From: Isurus oxyrinchus
Lineage: Eukaryota
DNA length: 64,000 nt
Direction: 5' to 3'
Assembly: GCA_026770705.1 (NCBI GenBank)
Contig: JANJGN010000105.1
Location: 1,364,001 to 1,428,000 of the forward strand
The notes beneath the pieces are model-generated. The model did no database searches and had not been told where the DNA came from. It saw only the letters and a program-made list of their open reading frames with translations. Shown in pieces: positions 51,370 through 62,910 of this stretch. Numbering within the stretch: position 1 is the stretch's first letter; every line of letters starts with the position of its first letter. The position numbers were made by a program, and so were the translations under genes.

Positions 51370-51660
51370 ACGAATCTGGGATTAGGAAACTTGAACTTTA
51401 AATGTAATTTACTGAACTCTGGAATCACACTGGTGAATCAGCATTGTTTCCATTCCAAGTTCTATATAACCCCAGTGTTTCATCTGTGTGGTGTCTGTAA
51501 GAACATGAGAAATAGGTGCAAGTGTATAATGTGCACTCCAGCTTCTTAAACAGTCCATAACTTCCTGGATCAATATCCGCCTTAATTTACCTTCCTAAAA
51601 ATCTCAATTCTCGCTGCCACCCAGTCCCATAGCAGCTGAAGTATTCCCAGTGATTTTAAC
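51370..51660 (+). repeat. Unclassified ~300-bp local repeat, copy 3
   Basis: gtgtctgtaagaacatgagaaataggtgcaagtgtataatgtg matches copies 1 and 2. Confidence 0.7.
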
Positions 51661-53469
51661 TTTGTGTGTAGAATTATTATCTAATTCCCGCAGGGAAATA
51701 TCTGGCTTTAATTCTTTGACTGTGACCCTGGGTCAGTGGCAATAATTTATGCACTGATCTTACCCGTTCAACGTTATAAAGAAAATGTACCGAATCCCTC
51801 CTGCCATCATGAGGAAAGACTTCAGTAAAGGGACAGTCAGTGGATTAAATATACGGGCTGACCAGCGGTTTAGTGACAGAAATTGAAGAGGTTTAGGAAA
51901 GAGTTCAAGGGCAAACAGAGTTACAGGAAAAGAAAACGAAAGATTGGCGAGGAGTAAGAGAGAGGAATATGAATGGCATTCACCATCTTTCATATTTTCA
52001 CAGAATCACAGTGGAGAAGAGGCCCTTCGGCCCATCGAGTCTGCACCAACACGTGAGAAGCGCCTGACCTACCTACTTAACCCCATTTACCAGCACTTGG
52101 CCCATAGCCTTTTACAAAGGTGACCAAAGTAAAGAAACCTAGGGTTACCTTCTCGCATTCACAAATGAAACTGAAAAGGTGGTTCAATGTGGTACTGTAG
52201 GGGTGCCGCCTTCCTTTAGTTACTTCAGAGGCAAGGATGAAATGATACGCTCTCTCAGTGAACTCTCTTTGTTTCAATTCCAAGCTGGATTTATAATGCT
52301 TCATTACCCAAAAATTTACATAATTGTTGAATATTAGAAATTGAGTTGCCCCGTGGTCAGGACAATTACATCTTGAAGAATTCCTCCTGAGACTAGTGGC
52401 TCCATTTCTCAATGAGAAAATGTGCCAATAGTGAAATCTCCGTATTTAATACTCACACTAAACTTCCAGGAAATCTGCCAGTGTCGGCGATCGTCAGGCT
52501 TCCGATTTATTTCTATATTTCAATTATTTATTTATTTCAGGATTTTTGTTTGTTGAAGCTTCCCCGCCAGGCTGGCCGGCAATACGCATTTCAAAATTAC
52601 TCCATTTTTTTTGAATTTGGGTGTAACATTTTCAATCCTCCACTGCTCTGGAACCAATGGGTGACCCTCTCTCTCTGTCTCTCACCAAATATCGATCGTT
52701 ACCTGCCCTTCTCTCTTACACATTTTCACAATTGCACTTTGCGGTTTTATACATAATTGATTGTTTTTACAATTATTCTCGTTTGAGTGATTCAGATTTA
52801 TGAGAACACTGTATACAATAAAAATACGATGAATAATTGTGTATTATAGTTATGTAGATGAATGTTGCTTACAGTATTCCAGATGCGATTAATTTTGAGT
52901 CTGATATCTGTGTCAGGAGGGTGCAGAACACATTTGTATGGCGGGCTGTCGGCGAGCTCCAGTCCAATGTTTGTGGTAGAAACTCTTTGTAGGGACTTCA
53001 GTCTGGCTCGAATTGTTTAGATAACAATTTACTTTTGAATTATTGGAAATACTAATCCAGTTGCATTATGCCATCCAATTGGCATAAGTCCTGGTCTCTC
53101 TGATCCGCTGCTTGTGTGCATGCTCACGGGAATATCAAGGATGAGGGCGTGATGTGACCTCTCAGTGTGACCTAAGTTCACATTATGGAGAGAGAGCTCC
53201 ACAAGTACTCACCCCCTTTTTACCTTCAGGCCTGCTGTCGGAGGCCCCATTACCCTTCAAGTGAGCAACATTGTGCCGCATGAACTGCAGCTTTCCAGGA
53301 TTCACAGCTTCAATAGAAAGAGTAAAGTCACAGATTAATGTCAACCCAGAGGAATCGAAGGGCTATAAATTCAGCAGTTATGGGGTGGGGATGGCTAAAG
53401 AGGGGGCAGGGGTGATACACATTAATTGAATGACATCCAAGTGCAAACCACTACCTGGGTTAAGGGAGG

Positions 53470-55544
53470 TCCGTTCCAAGTTTACAGAACACCGTTTACA
53501 GGTGCCTGAAACAATACATCATAAGGTGCAGCAATCAAGCACTGTAGTGCCGTGTCCTTGCCCAACTGTTCAATTCAGCCCACCGCCTCTCCTGCACTGT
53601 ATGCGGGTGACCATTATCCTGTCTCAGGGCTTCCATTTCACCCAACATCCCTCGTAGGGCCAAGTGTGCTTGTACATCTGCCACACCTCGGAGTCTGACC
53701 CCTGCAATGTATGGAGCTGGGTAAAGTGGTGTTGGATCTGTGATGCTGGGCAGGCCTTGTCCAATTAGCACCCATGTACGTTCAGTTGTTACCCAGTGAT
53801 GCTCAGCCTTTTGTGGCTGCGAATGCAGCTGGTGAGCGGCTCTGTATCTCATTGCCTGATGTGGCTGTTTTCATTCTGACTGGGGGTAAACGTTGAGCCT
53901 CAGCCTCGTGCTGCCTTGTCCCCTTCCCTCTGGCTGGCTCATTCAGCTCCTTTCTGCTGGCACTGTGTGCAGTGCCCGTTATCATCAATGCTGATCATTG
54001 CTCAGTTCCTCTGGTGGGGGTTGACACAGTTCTGGCTGTAGGTGGTTCCTCCTCCTCCTCATCCTCCAGCTTGGCCATTATCCCTGCACACAGCATTCGG
54101 CTAGTCTCCAACCTAGGCCCGAGTGAATGGCACTGTTTTCCCTTTCCTTCTGGAGGGCCACGCCCAGTGCCATGGAGTCCAGTGGCAGGAGGCTGCACAC
54201 TGCCCTTGGTCATCACATTCTTCACCTACAGTGCGCTCGCTCCTGTAGCACAGTGAGCAGCAGTGTCCAGCTGCAGTTCAACAGCTCCTTCCTTAACTCT
54301 GCAAAATTAATATTGGAATGTCTCGGAAATCAGTCACCTCATAATGAATAAGATTGACTAAAAGATTCTTTGTATCACGCTTATCACAGATATTAATATC
54401 TGAATCTGTAACAGTGCAACGGTCACAGCCTTGGCCTGCGCTTTGCAGACAAAACATATATCATGCCCTGAGTTCATTACGAAATGATCAACTTTGACCT
54501 GTAGACACTCACTAAACGGAAGTACTGAAAAAAACAATTGTGCAGGCAGAATAGTAAACATTTTTCTGTCCAGTTTTAACCTGTTTGGCATGTTCCCAGG
54601 CCTATTCATTTGTTTAGTTTCACCCTGTCAAATGGGCTCAAGTTCACCTTCTATGTGCTACAACAGAAGAAAATAAAAATCCTACCACTTACTTTCAAAA
54701 TTGTCCTGAAGTAATTCCCTCTTCTCTGCCAGTTGACCAGGCCCGTTCAACCTTCCTCTCGATCCTTCTGCTCGCTCATGACAGACACGGCACAATCCTG
54801 GTCAGCAGCTCCGCGATCCAGAGAACCAGACATAACTGTTGGGTCGCTGCGCCTGGATCTGCCGGGGGTGCCGAGTGCTCAGCAGCACTAAAGTCACTGA
54901 TGTCCATACAAGAGGTCCTCATATGGCCAAAAAGCATGATAATAAAAGCGGAAATTTCTGGTAAGAACCAGCTGATAGAGTAAGAATAATTAATGACAGA
55001 AAGGACTGAAAATTAGTGGCGGGAAGCAAAAAGATCTGGGAACACTTAATGACAAGAATTGGGGTGACTGGACCATATTTTGTGATCTCTTTTTGAACGT
55101 AAATGTTTCTAGGCCATTTTTAGCTGGATGTAATTATTAGACTTCAAGCGGGTGAAAACAGTCTGTCTACTCTTGACTGGGAAACAGTCTGTCCACTCTA
55201 AACTTAATTGAAGAAAACATCTCTCTATGTCTGGAGATAATACTGAGAAATGTTGCAAAATTTGATAATGTTTGATCAAATTTCGAGCACTATTTGAAGA
55301 GGTTCCTACAGTTGAGATAAAAAGATGTAGCGAGGATCATCTCCCGAATGTGCTGGAGGTTTTGCAGGCCGCTTTGTGGTGAGGACTGGCCTGTAGTCAT
55401 TTTTTTTTCTTGCTCTGCATCCAGAAAGCAGGGAGTCCAATTTCTAGCCGAGGATGCATCATGCAGGCTGATTTAGCAAAGGGCCGAGTGCTGCATTACT
55501 AGCGGCCTCATCATGTGGATGAGGTTTCAAACTGCAGTAGCCAT
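53470..55544 (-). pseudogene. Decayed ELL-family-like gene, copy B
   Basis: MATAV...; YRPVL...DDPRYIFYLN (cf. ELL RTFSFYLSN); QAQRP / IAELLTRI / EQKD (cf. ELL2 QRP...PELLARL...NQKD); low-complexity middle; C-terminal segment paralogous to copy A. Confidence 0.45.
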
Positions 55545-57934
55545 GTCCCCCGCCTCCTTAAAGATCACATTCCAAGTTAAAGCAGAGAATTATCTTACCT
55601 TTACGTATCAGGTTAACGGACCACTTATTTCAAAGAAAATCCGAAAAAAAACACGATGTTTGCCTCAAGCCAGCTCTTCCCGCCACCCCCTCACCGCTTA
55701 CCCCTGCCCCCACAACACCGCCGCCGCCGGGCCCTCTAAACCAACTCCATGCTGGCCTTGCTTCCATCTTCCCACCCCATATATTCGTACAGGCCTGGCT
55801 TCCTCTTCCCCATTTCCATGCTAGCCTGCCCACCCCTTTTCCAGAAGCTCCAATATAGGCCTCAATCTCTCGCATTCTCGGCCCCACTCACTCTCGATCC
55901 AATGGAGCAGCTCCACTTACTGATCACAAGCAGAAATGCGGCACACACCAGCACAGGAAGTTAAAAGGCCCCTGGAAGCAGCAGGTACTGAGGGAGTGGC
56001 TTCTGGACCACGCAAAGGATTTTTAATGTGACCATCTTTGTGCGGCTGGGAGGAGTAGAGGCCATTAGCCATCTTCCAAGGTATAGGCTGCATTCCCACT
56101 GGCTGTCCCGGTGCAAGAGGGGATGAGATGATGGTTGGAAAACTATCAATACGCAGGGATGCGGGGACAAGGTAGAAGAATGGACCTTGTTCAAATGTTT
56201 ATGTTTTAAAATCCTTTCTTGATTGTGATTCACCCTGTTATCACTTTCAAACTTTACCGAGCAGGAATAATTCCCCATTCACAACAATCACTGAGCCAAA
56301 ACATTTCTAAAAGCGACAGATGAAACTTGAACAACCATCAAAGTAGATGGGGAAGTAAGGATCACACAAATGGAGTTAGGAAAGTTAGTTGTGAAGGGAA
56401 CGGAAGGATATAGATAGGTTACATCAGTGGACAAAAAGATGGCAAATGGAGTGTAAAGTAGGAAAATGTGAGTTTGACCATTTTGGCAGGACAAAAAAAA
56501 AGGGGCATATATTATAAACGGTGAGAGATTGCAGAGCTCGGAGTTACAGAGGGATCTGGGTGTCCTACTACATGAAAGATTTTGTTCCTTTCTGCTGTTA
56601 AACTGTCGAAAGCCATTGAAATTCGCACTGTCCCGAGTGCCAGAATGGTTGCTCTTGAGAAGGGTCACATTCGCTGAAAAAGCCTCAGTTTCGTTTTAAA
56701 CCTCTTTCACTTCTGCAGTGGTCGCGCGGTCTTATCCATTCACTGACCTGCTCTCTTCTTTTCGACTAAAATCTCAAATACAACTCAATCTACCCGTTTT
56801 ATTGTCACTTCAGAGCTGGCAGCAGAGTGATCCTTTAACAGGGAAATCATTTTGCTTCACACACGATGGGCACAGAAATCAGGCGTTGAGAGCGGACACA
56901 GAAACACAGGAACATCATTTTAACCCGCCAGCCCATTTCACACAATCTGTCTTGCATAATGTTCACATCTGCACATTCACAGGACAAACTTCCCCCAGAT
57001 TGACAATTCTCGGGATAGGCTTCCTATTCCACTCGGCCTCTGCTGTGGATTCTCCGGGGTTATTTGTAGTTTCGCAGCTCTGCTCAAAGTGTCTGGTCCC
57101 CAGATTCAGGGGCTGAAACGCGTCACAGCTCTGGCTGGATTAACACAGGTCTAATTTTACATTATTAGATTATTCACAGCCAGCAATATGTTCAGTTAAT
57201 ATGAAAATACAAATGTTGTGCTCTAGCCCTTCAGTAAGCGTATCCCACGTTGTTTTATAGGGCAAGGGAGAAAAGTGAGAGAGGGCGGAGTGAAAGTCAA
57301 AGTCAGGGTGAGTTCAGGCAGTGAGACACAGTCAGGCAAAGTATCGGTTGCAGAATACGTTGTTGAATCCAGTTTTACGAATATAAAATTGGAAAGGTAG
57401 AAGACTCTGTCTCATTTCTCATTGATATTTTACCAGAGAAAAATACATTATTAATCACACACTCAGGGTCAGTGCCAGCGAGTGATCTAAAGCCTCATAG
57501 GTAATCCTGTTTTCCCTGTTGTAATCTCTGCAGTCTTACAGGTGAGTGTTGCTGGGTATTGCTCTCAGTGACGGAGTGTTTCACTTCGATTAACTGAATC
57601 TTGGGGTCTCCCTGTCAGATATTAACTATTTCACGGTTCCAGCAAATCACTACCTCTGTCATTCCTCCCATGTTTCTGCAGGATTGCTTTGTGAAGATGG
57701 GCTCGTGAACAGCAAATCCCCTGCAGGGAATGATGCCAAACTGGAGTTCGTAAATTGACAAGCCCCTCACTTTTCAATGTACTGTGATCTTTTCCCTTTC
57801 CCAATACTTTTGCTCAGATAGTGATCTAAGTGAATTGCAGAAAATGTTGATTTTATTTGTTGATTTACAGCAGACATCCACACGTGAGGTACTTGGTGCC
57901 ACCCGAACGCTGATTGTTCGTGAGTCAGAGACTG

Positions 57935-58145
57935 ACAGATGCAGAATCAATGCCACACTCACGGGTAGTAAGTGAGACTGATATTTACACATCTAATCCC
58001 ACAATCATAGATAGTACCAGAGACTGACATTGATAGAATGAATCCCACAATCGTAGGTAGCACCAGAGACTGATATTTACAGAATTAATTCCACAATCAC
58101 AGATAGTGCCAGAGATTGATATTGATAGAATCAATCCACACTCAG
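57935..58145. repeat. 46-bp minisatellite (~4-5 copies)
   Basis: Same unit as 48710-49050. Confidence 0.85.
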
Positions 58146-58782
58146 ATGAATAGTGAAACTTTGCAGGATTACTGGGAGCAGCATTCGGTGAATTGCACCT
58201 TCAGAGGGCCAGCACAGATTTGACAGCCCGATTTGCCTCTTTCTGTGCTGTAGCTATTCCATGATTCAAATGGAAAAATACTGGAAGAACTTAGTAGCTC
58301 TGGAAATTTTGACGTTTCGATAGCAGATCTTTTCGTTGAAACTTCAATTGACTTGAAATGTGGATCCTCCCTTCATTTCTCCACAGATGCTGTCGGAGCA
58401 CAGATGAGTGTTTCAGCAAATACTGTCATTATTTCAGATTCCCAAATTGAGCAGTGTCTCGCTTTTTGAACAATAAAACAACCCCTGTGCGGGAATCCAT
58501 ATTCAAATAATAAATGGGAAGCAACAGACGGGAAAATTTCAGATAATTGGCGAATTTTACTAAATCAGAATAATTCTATTCCTGCTAAAGGCTACAGTTC
58601 AGGGAAGGTCTTCATTATCAGCAGCAAGAAATAAACCTGAGTTACATTGTAAATGGATGAGAAGGTTGGAAATATTTTTTTATAAAAATTGAACCGGCTC
58701 GTATTTTTGGAACAGAATTTCACCGAAACAGATCAAATTCAGCTGTGAACTCCATATGTGAGGGGTGTAGAAACTAAGAGAC

Positions 58783-58854
58783 TGCGGCGGCCGAGAATCA
58801 AACCAATCTCAATTACTTACAAGGGTGTTATGCTTACCACTATACCAACATCAC
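58783..58854 (-). pseudogene. tRNA-Gly(TCC)-derived pseudogene (paralog of 49696-49768)
   Basis: Reverse complement gtgatgttggtatagtggtaagcataacacccttgtaagtaattga...tttgattctcggccgccgca. Confidence 0.7.
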
Positions 58855-59399
58855 TAGCTGCCAAGGGGAAAATGGACTGGAAAGTTCCATGCCTCTGAAC
58901 AAGGGCGTTATCATAAAAAAAAGCAAAGTTAACGTTGAGCCACTGAAGGAGGTATCACATCGATCATAAAAACTGGATCCTCCCCCTCCCATTGCAGGTT
59001 CCTCTCCAGCTTTAAAGTGGGCATTTTGCGGGCAGCAGGACTTTCAGCTCTTAGCTCAAACTGCAAAGATTAGTATCTATACGCCTGACTATGCAGTTCT
59101 TTTCTACATCAAATTTCAATTCTTTCCTTTGCCTACTTGAATGAGACCCTTTAGGACTGCATTCATCCACGGTGTGGTCACTGCTCTCTTTTATGTAAGT
59201 TGCAAGCAATTACTTCCTGTTGGACAAGCGCAAGCATTGAGGCTCGTGCATTGCTACTTGCTGGATCCAGTTACTTGCCTCACTGGTAGTCACTCTCTCC
59301 TGTCTTTGACCGCACACCAATTCTGAAGTACATACAGTCATGATCCTTAATGTTCTAATCCTGTCACATGAAGCGAATGTGCCAGTTATAAGTGAGAGG

Positions 59400-60600
59400 T
59401 TCTGTTATTAGTTGGGGGAATGGTGGTACATTATTATTAAGCATATAAATGAATTGGTTTCCACCCATGTGGATGGAAGGAAAATTAAGTTTGTGTCTGT
59501 GTTCTCTGGGTTTTGTGACTAAACCAATGTTAAGAAAGACTGGCTCCATATTCCTCCTTTACTCAGGGAATGAGTATCAAATTGCACCATGGTTCCAGAG
59601 AATGAACGTCGAGCTATAGTGGCTGTAAGCTGACTAAGCATTCTTTGTATCTATTTCTGACAGAGGTATTGCTCCAGGAAATCTCTGGTGAAAAATGGCT
59701 GAAGCCAGAAGCAAATTTTTACCCTTTGTTTGCAATTGTTTTCGGTAATTTGAACCGTAGAAGCAGTGAAAAATGAAGTGGAAATGTGTACTTGAGTTCC
59801 CTCGTTTTCCAGGAGGAAGAAGGGCACTGCTTTGAATTCGGCAGCACCAGGAAACAATAAGGTTAGGAGTCAATTATTTTTGGAGCTGGTTTGGGCACTG
59901 AGGAGGGACTAACTTTTCTATGGCAACTGTTGGATAGGTTTTATATTGAAGGTGATTTGTTAGAAGTCTACGGAGCATGGTCAACATTTGATGAATTTGT
60001 GATGACAGACCATCAGTCCATGGAAGAGTATATTCTGGAATTTAATAAATGTTATGAGAGATTGACAAAGTTTGTCCTAAATGTTTCGAGTCTGTGTTTC
60101 TATTTAAGTTATGAGATTGTACCTAAATTTCACATATTTCTAGCAATGACGGGGTTTCCCTTACATGGAGCAGACTCTTTTAGAACAAATGGCTACTTTC
60201 CTGAAAAAAACGGGAATTCATTCACTTCTGACCATTTTCAGTTTAATTGCAGATACCTCTGCATTGATTAAAAGTATGGAGGCCTCCATGATTGCTGAAT
60301 TTCGAGATCGACTGAAGCTAGGTGCTGGCATCAGTGCAACTACAGAGTTACTGATAGGCAGAATGAAGATGGCTGCACTTTTAGCCACTTTTGGAATTCT
60401 GGGCAAAAGTGGCCCTGGAATGGCAGTGGAGAAGCTTTAACCCTAGAAGTTCATGAGGAATGATAAACAGTTGTTTGTTGTGATTCCCAATATATTGTCC
60501 AAAGCACAAAAATCGAGTACTTTAGGCAACATGTGAAATGGAGAAGACCGACGTTGAGTATGATGATGATTAGCCTGAGAATTTGTATTGGTTGATAGAA
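59400..60600 (+). mobile_element. Decayed Copia (GalEa-like) LTR + gag
   Basis: KNEVEM.T, TEEGL.FL..LLDRFY...DLLEVYGAWSTFD....QSMEEYILEFNK.Y..L, LLEQMATFLKK. Confidence 0.65.
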
Positions 60601-60694
60601 GCTTGAGGCGGAGATGAGCATTTTGGTAGATGTGCAGTGCTGCAGGGCGATACCAGATTCTGCCTCGCCTATTCATATGTTTTGCGGTATAGAG

Positions 60695-62450
60695 ACAGAA
60701 TCACAGAAATATTACAGTGTAAGAATTAGGCCATTCGGCTCATCGTGTCTGCAGCGGCTCTGTGAATGAGCACCTCATCTAATGTCATTTCCCTGCCTTC
60801 TCCTCGTAAAAGTGAAAATGTATGTTTTCGAAAAAACACACCCAATTCACTCTTAAATGCCTCGATGGAACCTGCCTCCACCAGACCTTCAGGCAGTGCA
60901 TTCCACACCCATCCACTCATTGGTTAAAAAAGTTATTACCTCATGTTACTTTTGTTTTGTTGTACCAATTATCATAAATCTGTGGTCCCTTTTTGTTAAT
61001 ATTCCTTCCACCAATGAAAGTTATCCCTAACTTCCCTCTCCAGTCTCCTTAGGGTTTGGATACTTCTATCAAAGCTTCTCCCAGCTTCTTTTATCCAAAG
61101 AAGAGTGTTTCAATTTCTCCTAACTCTCGTCATAACTAATGAATCCTACACCTTAATCCCGTAAATCTCTACTGCTCTCTCTCTCCAATGACTTAAATCC
61201 TTCCTAAAATTTGAGGCCCAAGACTGACCGCAGAACTCTAGTTGAGGTCTTACAAGAGCTCAACATAACCTCATTGATTTTGTACTCTATGTTCTTATTA
61301 ATAATGGCGAAGAAACTTTATACTTAATAACTGCCCTCTCAACCTATCCTGCCACGTTTAACTATATTTACACATATACACCTATATGCCTTCGCTCCAG
61401 AACCTCCCTTGCACTTGTATACTTTACTTTATATGCTCTTTTTACCAAAATGTACTGGCTCACATTTCTCTACTTTGAATTCATCTGCCACTTATAAACC
61501 AATTCCAACAACTTGTATGTGTCCTTTTGCAGCTCTAAACTGTACTCCCCACAAGGCTTTCAAGTTTTGCATCGTCCGAAAATTTTGAAATTGTTCCCTG
61601 TGCACCAAGGTGAAGATCATTACTATTGTTCAGGCGAAAGCAAGGATGCCATGCGGACGTCTGGGGAAATCCAGCATAAGCCATCCTCCAGCCTCAAAAA
61701 CATGCATAAACCATTACTATCTGCTCCCTGTCACTCAGCCAATTTTGTAAACATGCTGCTACTGTTCCATTTATTTCATTAGCTACATTTTTTCTCTCAC
61801 ATGCCTGTTGTGTGGCACTGTATCAAATGTGTTCAGGAGTCCATGTACATCAACAACTTTGTCTTTATCGACCCTGTGTGTTACTTTAAAAAAAACTTCA
61901 GTATGTTAGTTAAATATGATTTCGCCATCAGAAGTCTATGCTGGTTTCCTTACATTACTCTCATTTGTCTACCTCTATTATTTCTGAGCCAATTGTACTT
62001 TCTAGAAGTTTACGATCAGCAAATTTAAACTGACAAAACTGTAGCTTAATCCCTTGACACTTCTTTGAACAAGGGTGCATTTTTTGCAACTTTACAGTAA
62101 TCTAGGGTGATCCTTGAATCTACATAAGAGTGAAACTTTATAGCCAGTGCCCCAAAATTTTTACTCTCGCTTCCCTCAGTGTCCTTAGATGCACCTCAAA
62201 CTGTCACTGTGCTTTGACGACTTTCAATGCAGTTAACCTATCCAATACTCCCCCCTTATCAATTTTAAGCCGTTTAGTGACTTTTTTTCCTCTCCTGTTT
62301 CACTATGGCCTAGCCAGCATATTCTTCCTTCGTAAAGTCAGGTGCAAAGCATTCATTTATTATATCAGATGCCCTGCCCTCCCTGCAATCCTTGGCCCCG
62401 CGTGTAAATCCACTTTCTGGTCCCTAATCAGCCCTGCCCTCCTTCTACAG
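60695..62450 (-). mobile_element. Decayed CR1 ORF2 3' half
   Basis: WVWNALPEGLVEAGSIEAFKSEL and CR1 3' UTR; degenerate RT upstream. Confidence 0.8.
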
Positions 62451-62910
62451 AGTAACAATTTATGATGGATCAAGGGTTAGTTGTCGATAGAAAATGTTGT
62501 CAAAAACGTGTCAGGACGTCCGGACAGTTTGGGATGTGTAACAGCAACTTAAATTCACTGCAGTGGACATTGCAAGTTTTGGGACCTTAGCTGTTTACTA
62601 AACTGGCGCTTTTTATTGCAATTCCTGCTGTGCAACGGAGTTAAAGCCAAAACAGAGAGGTTTTGCCAACTGTTGTAACATGTTAATGACTGTTTTCCAC
62701 GTACCCTGAGTGGCAAGCGCGCTGCTATAGGAAGAAACAATTCTAATCCCCGTGGAAAATCAGCAAACATGAAACACATGATACAAAGTGGGACAATGTT
62801 TATGATATAATTTAAATAAAACAACATATTGTCGTGGCAGCAGAAAGGGCACATTCAAACCTGGAACACTGGCGAAAATTTAACTATGGTCAGAGTAGGA
62901 AGAGTTGGTT

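Larger units (their letters stand above)
53110..58970 (+). repeat. Segmental duplication copy B
   Basis: Collinear with 43840-49890; lacks the H3.3 insert and has an extra ~0.8 kb (56830-57620). Confidence 0.9.

Noticed and set aside
53535-54225. Harbinger/other transposase interpretation of the GC-rich duplicated segment
   Set aside because: No DDE or Myb/SANT motifs or TIRs recognised; ELL-like motif order fits better, though unproven
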